Under the pieces are notes generated by a model. It saw nothing but the letters and a program-made list of their open reading frames with translations. It was not told the origin of the DNA and searched no databases. From Botryllus schlosseri (Eukaryota): a stretch of DNA of 64,000 nucleotides. A program made the translations under genes and the position numbers. Positions 1 through 7,786 of this stretch are shown here, piece by piece. Numbering within the stretch: the stretch's first letter is position 1; each line of letters starts with the position of its first letter. The stretch spans positions 37,572,001 to 37,636,000 of the forward strand of contig CM119373.1 of the NCBI GenBank assembly GCA_051294905.1, read 5' to 3'.

Positions 1-64
1 ACATCGCTAGCTAGGTGACAAAGCCCAGCAATCCATATTTCGAGGCATTTTTGAAATTGCCCAC

Positions 65-250
65 GACTAGGTCTGGGCGCAATGATTTAAGCACTGGAAT
101 CTGAATCGAGTATCAATTTTAATGATTCGAGTCGAGCAGTAAAGACGGCTTTTTAAGCACTGAGTATTTTGAGTATTGAAATAATACGTTCCTCGCCACT
201 GAAAGGTAATTTACTAACGAGAATTATAGTTCCACTAAGGAACCCATGGG
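65..250. repeat. Partial copy of a MITE-like interspersed repeat (same family as 56012-56508)
   Basis: tctgggcgcaatgatt...gaatctgaatcgagta...ttttaatgattcgag...aacgagaattata...ccact aligns by eye to the left arm of the element at 56012; no right TIR seen here. Confidence 0.55.
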
Positions 251-574
251 TCGAAAAATTACCAAAGTATCTTTATAGCGACGGGTAATTGCCGTTATGT
301 TTGGTTGAAAATCGGTGATTGCGGAAATTCTCAAATAATCGACGAATTTATTTCCACCGAAAATGCTTTTTTTTAAACCCAAAACTTTTCACTCCAATTA
401 CTTCGTTCGAATTGAGACCAGAACTCAAATGTGAATGAAATTTCAGAACATTCAACAATTCCTCCCATGACGTAACCGGTAAAGCCGGAGATTCGTGACG
501 TCATGCCGACACCAAATAGACAATGACAGTTCACGATACAACAATTAAAAACTTCACAATCGGCTGAGTTTAGT

Positions 575-926
575 TAGGCTTACGTCCTCTTTTAAGAGGA
601 TTTGTCCTCTTTTTTGGCTTTTTTGAAAGTGTCCTCGGAGGACGCCCTTTTGTCCTCTTTTTTGAAAATTTAAGTCAGATTTAGAGCAAATCGCGAGTGA
701 TATGCCGCATATTAGCACAGAAGTGAAGCTCCGGCGGGTGTTTCGGAGTTAAAAACGGTGATTTTAGCTCTGAGCGAAAAGCTGACCTTTTTTTTTTTTT
801 TTTTTTAGTCCACCGATCACAAAGTGGGAAAAATTAACCGGTTTTGAGAATTTTACTCCGGTATTGCAAGTTGAAAATTTATGAAAAAGTGTCCTCTTTT
901 TTGATTTCCAAAATATGGTAAGCCTA
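575..926. mobile_element. MITE (non-autonomous DNA transposon) in the FReD intron
   Basis: TIRs TAGGCTTAC (575-583) / GTAAGCCTA (918-926); GTTTAGT duplicated on both sides (568-574, 927-933); internal gtcctc repeats. Confidence 0.6.
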
Positions 927-948
927 GTTTAGTATTGTTACCATTCAG

Positions 949-1255
949 TTCCTTCCGCATCGGCCCCGGATCCGACTTCTACAGACTGCACGTATCCGGA
1001 TACTCCGGGAATGTAACCGTCGGAGACAAACTCGCATATCACAACAATCGACAATTCTCGACGAAGGACGCGGACCACGATGGTCCGTTGTCGAGGCATT
1101 GCGCTGCTGAATACGGAGGAGGCTGGTGGTATGGCAACTGCCACGACAGCAACCTGAACGGAAACTTCCACAAAATAAGCACCAAGGGAATTTGGTGGGA
1201 ACACTACAACCTGCGTTTCTCGGAGATGAGGTTCCGGAGAAGAGCGGGAAATTGA
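949..1255 (+). CDS. Terminal exon of a fibrinogen-related domain (FReD/FBG; ficolin/tenascin/angiopoietin-like) gene
   Basis: Acceptor ccattcag| at 948; translation has FBG C-terminal motifs YRLHVSGYSG, FSTKDADHD, CA..YGGGWWYGNCHDSNLNG, GIWW, FSEMRFRR then TGA; upstream exons outside window or not recognised. Confidence 0.9.
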
Positions 1256-1316
1256 CTTCTGTACAGCTGTGGCGTCACACTTCAAACAGGATCCTTGCTC
1301 TCGTATGAGTGTGACG

Positions 1317-1604
1317 TCACGCCGACGTATGAATGTATTGACTGTTATTGACCAGACCCACTTGTGTATCGTTTGCTAAATCAGTTCCATCACGTTTAGT
1401 GAGCTTCAAACGTAATCTCAAGAATGTGTTTTGTAGATCCATATATCGATCCGTCCTTGGTAATTGTACTTCCATGACATTACCTAAACTATTGGGTTTG
1501 ACGACGACATATTGCGATTCTTCAATACTGGTTTGTGTGTGGGGTATACTAAATATGTTTAATCCGGAGTTATGACATTCTCGGGAACCCGCATGCATCA
1601 ACAT
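1317..1604 (-). pseudogene. MCP: Major capsid protein (double jelly-roll, PY) N-terminal ~87 aa, truncated by element breakpoint
   Basis: EC..SGLNIFSIPHTQTSIEE...YMDLQNTFLRLRLKLTKRDGT...VGLVNN matches the recalled Polinton MCP N-terminus; frame runs into host sequence and stops 8 codons later. Confidence 0.85.
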
Positions 1605-1609
1605 AGTTC

Positions 1610-1981
1610 TTAGTCGAATATATCCTGTTGTTTACGACGACGTTTGGATGAAGTGTTTTTTGACTTTGTTTTTTTCCTTTTTATAGCTTTTGGGGTTAAA
1701 ATTTTATCAATCACTCGACCGCCAGCTTGTTTACTTCTCTTGACAACACTAGACTTGATCGAGTTACCCCGTAATAGATCTCTCGCTATTTCACCTCCAG
1801 TCCGTAACAATTGACCGCCAGCGTATTTCGCAATAGGTGTCACTAAACGACCGAGTGATTTAAACAAACTCCCGATGCCGGATCCGGCTTGAACTCCACC
1901 ACTGAAATATCCATAACCATCACCTGTCTGGTTATAATGACGATGGACAGAATGATGGTCACACGTGAAAACAACTTTCAT
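1610..1981 (-). CDS. Basic virion core/membrane-lytic protein (PZ/cupiennin-like position between minor and major capsid genes), 123 aa
   Basis: QxGxG motifs followed by amphipathic GIGSLFKSLGRLVTPIAK, then K/R-rich tail; syntenic position as in animal Mavericks; family name assigned from recall, not search. Confidence 0.65.
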   Translation of the reverse strand: MKVVFTCDHHSVHRHYNQTGDGYGYFSGGVQAGSGIGSLFKSLGRLVTPIAKYAGGQLLRTGGEIARDLLRGNSIKSSVVKRSKQAGGRVIDKILTPKAIKRKKTKSKNTSSKRRRKQQDIFD

Positions 1982-2373
1982 AATCGCTTCCTAATGTTAA
2001 ATGTAGCTTGCAATGAACGACTTATTATATTTATAGGTTCCCCAAACTCATCCCTGAGGTAAAGACATACAGAATCTACAACATCTTTCGAAACAGGGAA
2101 ATAATACGGATTTGTCGCTATCCAATTATGTGCGACATCGCCAGGTGTCAGCGGTATAACTCGTAATAAACGCGCTAACGTATCTCCAAGTAAGTGAGGG
2201 TGAATAATATCACAATACACAAACAAATATTGACCAATCGCCGGTTCGGTTAAAGTGAAATCGATCTCCATGAGGGCTAATTCGCAATATCTCGTCGGGA
2301 TGTTGTTGATGGTGAGTAGTCTGTGTTCAAAATCAGCACCAAGCATAGAGGTGGTTAACGTCACTATTTTCAT
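1978..2373 (-). CDS. mCP: Minor capsid protein (penton-like single jelly-roll) paralog 3, minimal 131 aa
   Basis: ELALMEIDF...YLFVYCDII...GDTLARLLRV...PYYFPV...LRDEFG motifs shared with the two upstream paralogs. Confidence 0.75.
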   Translation of the reverse strand: MKIVTLTTSMLGADFEHRLLTINNIPTRYCELALMEIDFTLTEPAIGQYLFVYCDIIHPHLLGDTLARLLRVIPLTPGDVAHNWIATNPYYFPVSKDVVDSVCLYLRDEFGEPINIISRSLQATFNIRKRL

Positions 2374-3041
2374 CGCGCGTGGAGTGTCAATGTGGTCTCT
2401 ATATCATGTACTAACTGACCGTATTGGTCCCTGATGGTGATTTTTATATCGCGGATGTGGTTAATCGACACTGGGAAATAGAACGGTTTTTCAAATACAA
2501 CTTCTTGTCTCGTACACGTCTCGTTATTTACTTGGATCACACGAAGCAATTGACTCATGTAATCACCCACCGGATGATGTCGTAGTACATTGATATACAC
2601 AAATAGATATCTGAGGTGGGGTTGAGTTGGTTTAGATTTGATCGACGTGACATTACATACTGGTGTCGACACTTGATCAACTACACTGAAATAATTTGTG
2701 AATATATCCGTGGGGTGGAGTGTGATACGTTTCGGGTAACGAATTCGGAAAAGTTCATCGTTGATTCTTTCGGTGAAACAGTGTTTGAAACTTTCAGATA
2801 ATATTCTTCGCATCAACTCGAGGTTGTTTGCATAATTCCCAAGTGGTGTTAGGTACGCTTCTACTATTCGATCTTTCTCATTATGTAGCTCCCAGAGTGC
2901 TTGATCACGATTGATTATAATTCGATCAAGAGATTCACTGACAAAACTCATATCCATCAACGCAAGCTCATTACAAATAATTTCATTCGGTAACACCACC
3001 GAGAATTCACCCTGGGTGCCAGACAACGTGATGTAACTCAT
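2370..3041 (-). CDS. mCP: Minor capsid protein paralog 2, 223 aa
   Basis: ELALMDMSF...YLFVY...VGDYMSQLLRV...KPFYFPV...IRDQYG...LTLH. Confidence 0.8.
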   Translation of the reverse strand: MSYITLSGTQGEFSVVLPNEIICNELALMDMSFVSESLDRIIINRDQALWELHNEKDRIVEAYLTPLGNYANNLELMRRILSESFKHCFTERINDELFRIRYPKRITLHPTDIFTNYFSVVDQVSTPVCNVTSIKSKPTQPHLRYLFVYINVLRHHPVGDYMSQLLRVIQVNNETCTRQEVVFEKPFYFPVSINHIRDIKITIRDQYGQLVHDIETTLTLHAR

Positions 3042-3868
3042 ATTGAATCAACAGCTCTACGACGGAAGCGTAGGGTTACTGCCACTGGTGCTTTTCGAAA
3101 TTTAATGGGGTTGCCAGCTGCATCACGTAGATAAATTCGTATCGTTCTAAAATTGTTTCTCGCTAAAGCAAAGAAGTATGGTTTTGGGAATATGTTGATT
3201 TGGTTTTCATTCGGTTTAGCGGTTACAGTAACCACCCGTAAAAGTTGTTGCAGTTTGTTACCGTGTGGCCTTGGTTGTATCAGATCGCAATACACATAAA
3301 CCTTATCAATCCGTTCCAACTTTATCGCAGGTGTAAATATAAATTCTACCACTCCGCGGCGACGAGATACAACGCGTCTAAATGTTATTGTATCCAACAC
3401 AGAACCAAGTGGTATCAATCCGTAAGGTTCGGGTGAATCATGTGTGGTACGGGGTACGCGTCTGGCGCTAGAGTCTGCGGTGTCGGTATTTATGGGTACA
3501 CCCTGCTTGGGTCTTTTTTTACTCGTAACTAATCTTCTGAATGTGATTCTAAAGTCACCGAATCCTTGTAAAATGAAAATGTCCCCCATGTAATATTTCT
3601 CGTACGATTCTAACATTTCACCGATGTTGTAATACGAGCCTTCGGGAATATAATACTGTTCGGTGTATCCATTCGCATCGACAAATCCAAAACCGATACT
3701 TTTCGCTGTCACTTCAATTCGCGGCTGAAAATCATGGGGGAAGGTCAGCTCACATAATCCTAGCTCATGGCGATTCATTTCTAATTCTTTATAAAGTTCC
3801 GTTTGAAAATCTGTGCTAGTATTCGGAAATTTATCCAAACTCGCATTCGAAGGTAGAGTCAACAACAT
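3038..3868 (-). CDS. mCP: Minor capsid protein (PX/penton) paralog 1, ~276 aa from ATG at 3868
   Basis: Canonical TLPSNAS..FPN...F N-terminus, ELGLCELTFP, VYVYCDLI..G...LLRV, PYFF, LRDAAG; ORF track extends it upstream to 3925 but homology starts at MLLTLPSN. Confidence 0.85.
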   Translation of the reverse strand: MLLTLPSNASLDKFPNTSTDFQTELYKELEMNRHELGLCELTFPHDFQPRIEVTAKSIGFGFVDANGYTEQYYIPEGSYYNIGEMLESYEKYYMGDIFILQGFGDFRITFRRLVTSKKRPKQGVPINTDTADSSARRVPRTTHDSPEPYGLIPLGSVLDTITFRRVVSRRRGVVEFIFTPAIKLERIDKVYVYCDLIQPRPHGNKLQQLLRVVTVTAKPNENQINIFPKPYFFALARNNFRTIRIYLRDAAGNPIKFRKAPVAVTLRFRRRAVDSI

Positions 3869-3881
3869 TTTATTGTTTCTT

Positions 3882-4115
3882 TCAACATATACGGTGAGGT
3901 GATGGATTCGGTAATAAATACCCAAGTGAAGAAGACAGTAGCGTTAAATATATCTCACGATCCACCCCGACAGAAATTTGATATAATGAAAACACGATTA
4001 CACACACTAACATACAAATCTGTACAATAAACACAATCTGGTTTTTCAGACTGTTCGAGACTTGACCCATGCGAGATGAGACGGAATCAGAATCCATAGT
4101 TTGGTTGAACAACAT
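3882..4115 (-). CDS. Small two-helix membrane protein, 77 aa
   Basis: Hydrophobic IVFIVQICMLVCVIVFSLY and LLSSSLGYLLPNP segments; resembles small membrane ORFs recalled from Mavericks. Confidence 0.65.
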   Translation of the reverse strand: MLFNQTMDSDSVSSRMGQVSNSLKNQIVFIVQICMLVCVIVFSLYQISVGVDREIYLTLLSSSLGYLLPNPSPHRIC

Positions 4116-4124
4116 TTTCAGAGT

Positions 4125-5195
4125 CTATTTATACAAATCCGAGACCCAAGAATTAAATTTAGACGGATAACCCAACCATTTTACAAGATATTGCGTTTTC
4201 TTTCCTTTCCTGCGAGTAGACAGGATTTTTTCGATATTGTAAATATTATTATTTTTAGTTATTGGTTGTAACTCTTCACGCTGAAAGCGACCGTCTATAA
4301 CTTCACCATGGTAGTCTTTCAATTGATAAGTAGGAGGGTCACCTTTACGACATTGAGATACGAAAAAGATTTCTTCGGTCCAACTCGCCAAGGCACTTTT
4401 TACAAAATTACCACGTGATTTCGAAATCCTGACGGGTGTACCTATAGCTAGTTTGGGTTTTTTAGGGGTCATGTCAACGTATAACCTATGGAAAATTTGT
4501 TCTTGATTCGAATAATTAACATCCGCTGGAGGACACCCTATAGCAACGTGAAAAGTAGTGTTATACCCCCGGCATATCTCAGACAGGACACTGACATAAT
4601 TCAAAGTCTTATTATGCGTGAAATAACGGTATAACACTTGCTTCAGAGTACGAATAACACGCTCGCATATCGATGCTTTCAGTTCACTATTTGTATGAAA
4701 ATGTCGCACATTGTTCTCTTTTAAGAAAGTCTGAAACGCACGATTAGTAAACTCAGAACCTTGATCACTTTGAATAACATGAGGTATACGATTCTTAAAT
4801 ATTTCCTTGAATCCGCGAATAATACCTTGCGAGGTTTTGTTTTTGAGTGGATACAGATATAAAAATCGACTGAAACAATCGATCGTCACCAACACATATT
4901 CAAAATTATCGTTTTCTTTTGAAAGATTTTGCATATGCATGAGATCGGTTTGATACTGAACACCGAGACCGGACGTAATCACTCTAGGTCTCTTAAATTT
5001 CTTTCGATAGGGAAAATGTTTTGTGTACGCATCCTTGCTCGAAAGAAACTCCTTGACTTTGGCTCTATTCCGCCCTCTAGAGAATACGTATGCACCGCGG
5101 TAACTACCAGGTAGCCCTGGTGTGAAATACTTAGTATGGCTCCCATCCGTATCGTCTCGGGGTCTTGGGTGTACGACCACTTTTCGTCTTGGCAT
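4125..5195 (-). CDS. int: Retroviral-like DDE integrase (c-integrase) with C-terminal chromodomain, 356 aa
   Basis: QYQTDL (D), QSDQGSEF (D), ICERVIRTLK (E); chromodomain YNIEKIL...YLVKWLGYPSKFNSWV. Confidence 0.95.
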   Translation of the reverse strand: MPRRKVVVHPRPRDDTDGSHTKYFTPGLPGSYRGAYVFSRGRNRAKVKEFLSSKDAYTKHFPYRKKFKRPRVITSGLGVQYQTDLMHMQNLSKENDNFEYVLVTIDCFSRFLYLYPLKNKTSQGIIRGFKEIFKNRIPHVIQSDQGSEFTNRAFQTFLKENNVRHFHTNSELKASICERVIRTLKQVLYRYFTHNKTLNYVSVLSEICRGYNTTFHVAIGCPPADVNYSNQEQIFHRLYVDMTPKKPKLAIGTPVRISKSRGNFVKSALASWTEEIFFVSQCRKGDPPTYQLKDYHGEVIDGRFQREELQPITKNNNIYNIEKILSTRRKGKKTQYLVKWLGYPSKFNSWVSDLYK

Positions 5196-5526
5196 GTTGG
5201 GTCTTTACTTTGCTTCGTTGGCTACTCGGTGATGGTTTAGGAATCCTTGATGGTTCACCCTTGATCAGGCGTCGCAGTGCGTCCAACTCACTAGCCGAAA
5301 ATAGATTCCTTTGTTCTGATATATCGATTTTCATCGGTTGATTAAATGTGTCGTGTTTTGTTTGATAACGATTTAGTGCGTCGTTATATAAGGCTAATTT
5401 TCGTTCTTGGGGTATGTTCATCTGTAATATGTCGCTCATACATTTATCGATATCCAAATTCAATTTCTGAACTTCAACCTCGTTGATCGGGTTCGGAGTT
5501 ATGAAGATTTTTTTGAAAGAAGTCAT
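5131..5526 (-). CDS. Conserved Maverick hypothetical protein (PM-like position), 131 aa
   Basis: Lies between PW-like gene and integrase; LDIDKCMSDIL...ERKLALYNDALNRY helical core; identity by synteny only. Confidence 0.6.
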   Translation of the reverse strand: MTSFKKIFITPNPINEVEVQKLNLDIDKCMSDILQMNIPQERKLALYNDALNRYQTKHDTFNQPMKIDISEQRNLFSASELDALRRLIKGEPSRIPKPSPSSQRSKVKTQHAKTKSGRTPKTPRRYGWEPY

Positions 5527-5870
5527 TTTTTGAAAAGATTACCGAGTAAACCAGTGACGACGGGTAGGATGCTTGATAATAGAGTCATAAACATACCCCC
5601 ATTCTGATTAACCATACGTTTTTTATGTCGAATAGGGATGTCTTTCCTGACAAGTCGACGTAAACTACATTTATGAGCTGATAGTCGCTTTCTTTTATAC
5701 TTTGAAAGAGGGATGTTGCCGTTTAAAATGTTCTTTGTACAATCGCATATACACTCGATCAATTCTTTGCTGGCTCCCGATATAATTTGCTTGCGTATCT
5801 CGGGTTTACTTTTATGTAGGAACTCTAGTGTGGGTATATGCCGCCGTGTCCGAGCTGGTACCTTGGTCAT
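5523..5870 (-). CDS. Basic PW-like protein with C-terminal amphipathic helix, 115 aa
   Basis: RKQIISGASKELIECICDCTKNILNGNIPL...QNGGMFMTLLSSILP pattern recalled from Maverick genes adjacent to the ATPase. Confidence 0.7.
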   Translation of the reverse strand: MTKVPARTRRHIPTLEFLHKSKPEIRKQIISGASKELIECICDCTKNILNGNIPLSKYKRKRLSAHKCSLRRLVRKDIPIRHKKRMVNQNGGMFMTLLSSILPVVTGLLGNLFKK

Positions 5871-5895
5871 TTTGAGTTTAAAGTCGTCTCCGCGC

Positions 5896-5908
5896 TTGGC
5901 TATTTATA
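5896..5908 (-). promoter_or_regulatory. TATA-box motif TATAAATAGCCAA upstream of PW-like gene
   Basis: ~26-38 nt upstream of ATG 5870; identical 13-mer at 13184-13196. Confidence 0.55.
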
Positions 5909-6515
5909 CCATCGGGCTATAAACCACCATGGTTTCACCAGGAAATATATTGGTCATAACTCGTCGATTTTCAGGTGCTTCTTGCGTGAGATCGAGGAAT
6001 AAATAACTATGAGGTTGTCTAGCAGCGTCACGATAAGCCTCTGTTAAAAATCTAGAGTTTGGGTACATTTGTCGACCAAGAAAACTGATCTGTTGTTGGT
6101 CGCGCGGATTCTTGAAAATCACCATATACGAGCTTGAAAGACTCAAGTCACGTGCTCCTTTACCCTTGTGATACAGGTTCTGCGTGATATAGCAAATTGA
6201 CTTGGCTGAATGATGAGAAAATCTTGTAAAGTAGTCTGCAATTTTCGCGGTCTCAGTCATGAAATCATCCACTATAATCAAGGTATCTTCAGAGCAAACC
6301 TTCAACTCTTCTAAAATATCTAGACCGACGTGGAATTCTACATTATGCATCGTCTTGAAAACCTCCTGATAATTATTGTAACAATATACGACCCTGGATA
6401 CACTAGGTTTAATCATTGATGTCGCATGCCTAATCAGCTTTGCAACAAAAGTAGTCTTCCCACTTCTTGAAGGACCACTCACAATACACGCGAATGGGTG
6501 AATCAATTCCATCAT
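5904..6515 (-). CDS. ATPase: A32-like FtsK-HerA DNA packaging ATPase, 203 aa
   Basis: Walker A GPSRSGKT, Walker B LIIVDD, ITQNLY, YLFLD motifs. Confidence 0.95.
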   Translation of the reverse strand: MMELIHPFACIVSGPSRSGKTTFVAKLIRHATSMIKPSVSRVVYCYNNYQEVFKTMHNVEFHVGLDILEELKVCSEDTLIIVDDFMTETAKIADYFTRFSHHSAKSICYITQNLYHKGKGARDLSLSSSYMVIFKNPRDQQQISFLGRQMYPNSRFLTEAYRDAARQPHSYLFLDLTQEAPENRRVMTNIFPGETMVVYSPMV

Positions 6516-6557
6516 TTGTTGTTTATTGAAACTCGATAAAGTGCATGTGTTTATATA

Positions 6558-7026
6558 TCAACAAGGTTGGGAATATCCACTGTTGTAGTCATCTTGTTCT
6601 AGTGGAATATATAAACCCGGTAGAGTTCGATTTAACAATTTTCCCCGGGTTATGAAATCTTCATCTGTCCCTCGTAATTTCGTCAGTGGAAGTTGTAGTG
6701 TTACAAACGCTTTATTAAGGTTGTCAAGCAGCTGATCCCAATCTGCAAAATGAAAAATCGCATAAGAGGATTCATAACACGAGAGGATTCATAGCGCTTT
6801 AAAATCTAACAGTGTTACTATAACAACTATAGATCTCACCTTTTAAACACTCTTTTAAATCTTTATGTTGTGTCGATACGCGTTGTTCGTATAATTCATG
6901 CGATATCTCTCGATTCAAATACAGCTCCACGAAGTGTACATGATCGCGGCGTTGTACAAGTGTCTTTTCGTGTAACCGAGTCAGACCTGCTTGTTCCAGA
7001 AAAGCTATTATGTAATCACTAGCCAT
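6558..7026 (-). CDS. Two-exon hypothetical protein, 123 aa (exon1 7026-6840, exon2 6742-6558)
   Basis: Acceptor tttttacag|ATG at 7026; donor AAG|GTGAGA at 6840/6839; acceptor ttttgcag| at 6743; phases match and give an open frame ending ...YSQPC*; exon2 not in the ORF track. Confidence 0.7.
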
Positions 7027-7178
7027 CTGTAAAAACAAGACACAGATATCAGAAAATATTGTTACTAAAATGTTTCCATTACAAGTTGACATTTCGAAAA
7101 CACCCACAGATTGTAAACAAAGTTTCACCTAAAACTATCAGTGTTCACCGCAGATTATGTTCACAATGACCAAGAGAA

Positions 7179-7673
7179 TCATGTTTGCAAAAAATCATCG
7201 GTTGTAGCAGCACTACTTTCAGAGTCAGAACGAGGTCGTTTCAAACTGTTTGCGACTCTATGTTGATCAAGGAAAAATTGGAATTTTCGATGTCGCTTGC
7301 GGGTTCTCAAGTAGGCTTGTCTCTCTTCGTGACCGAAAAGCGGTATCCACGAACAATTTTTTCCCAAGACCACATAATTTGTCAGCTTTGCTCTGTTGAA
7401 TAGGATGTGGTTATCACTCGGCATCTTTCGATCAGGAAATTGTAGTTGAAGTAGCGCTTCTATGCAGACACTTCGGACACGGGTCCATTTCTCGTCTAGT
7501 TCCTGACGGCGCGCCTTGGATCGATCGGGTATCGTGCGGTCTTGTGAGTTGTCGTCGGTACCGTGAATCGAGAGCTGTGTTAATTCCTGCTCCAGTTCAA
7601 GCGTCTCTTTGTGCAAACTATTTAAATCCAATTCTGACATTACTGACTCAATATATGAAATAGCGTTATCCAT
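7179..7673 (-). CDS. Hypothetical protein, 164 aa from ATG 7673; paralog of 6558-7026
   Basis: Acceptor tttgttttccag|ATG; gap-free motif spacing shared with 6558-7026 protein. Confidence 0.7.
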   Translation of the reverse strand: MDNAISYIESVMSELDLNSLHKETLELEQELTQLSIHGTDDNSQDRTIPDRSKARRQELDEKWTRVRSVCIEALLQLQFPDRKMPSDNHILFNRAKLTNYVVLGKNCSWIPLFGHEERQAYLRTRKRHRKFQFFLDQHRVANSLKRPRSDSESSAATTDDFLQT

Positions 7674-7786
7674 CTGGAAAACAAATGACACATCAACACA
7701 TAAAAAATACAACTAAATCATAATAATAGCAGACACACAGATAAAATACAATAGCACACAAAATATACAATTACGTCACAATGGTA

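Noticed and set aside
1321-1326. GCCGAC as a possible left 6-bp TSD matching GCCGGT (15488-15493)
   Set aside because: Only 4/6 match and the homologous host flank continues past it; left end is deleted so a TSD cannot be shown
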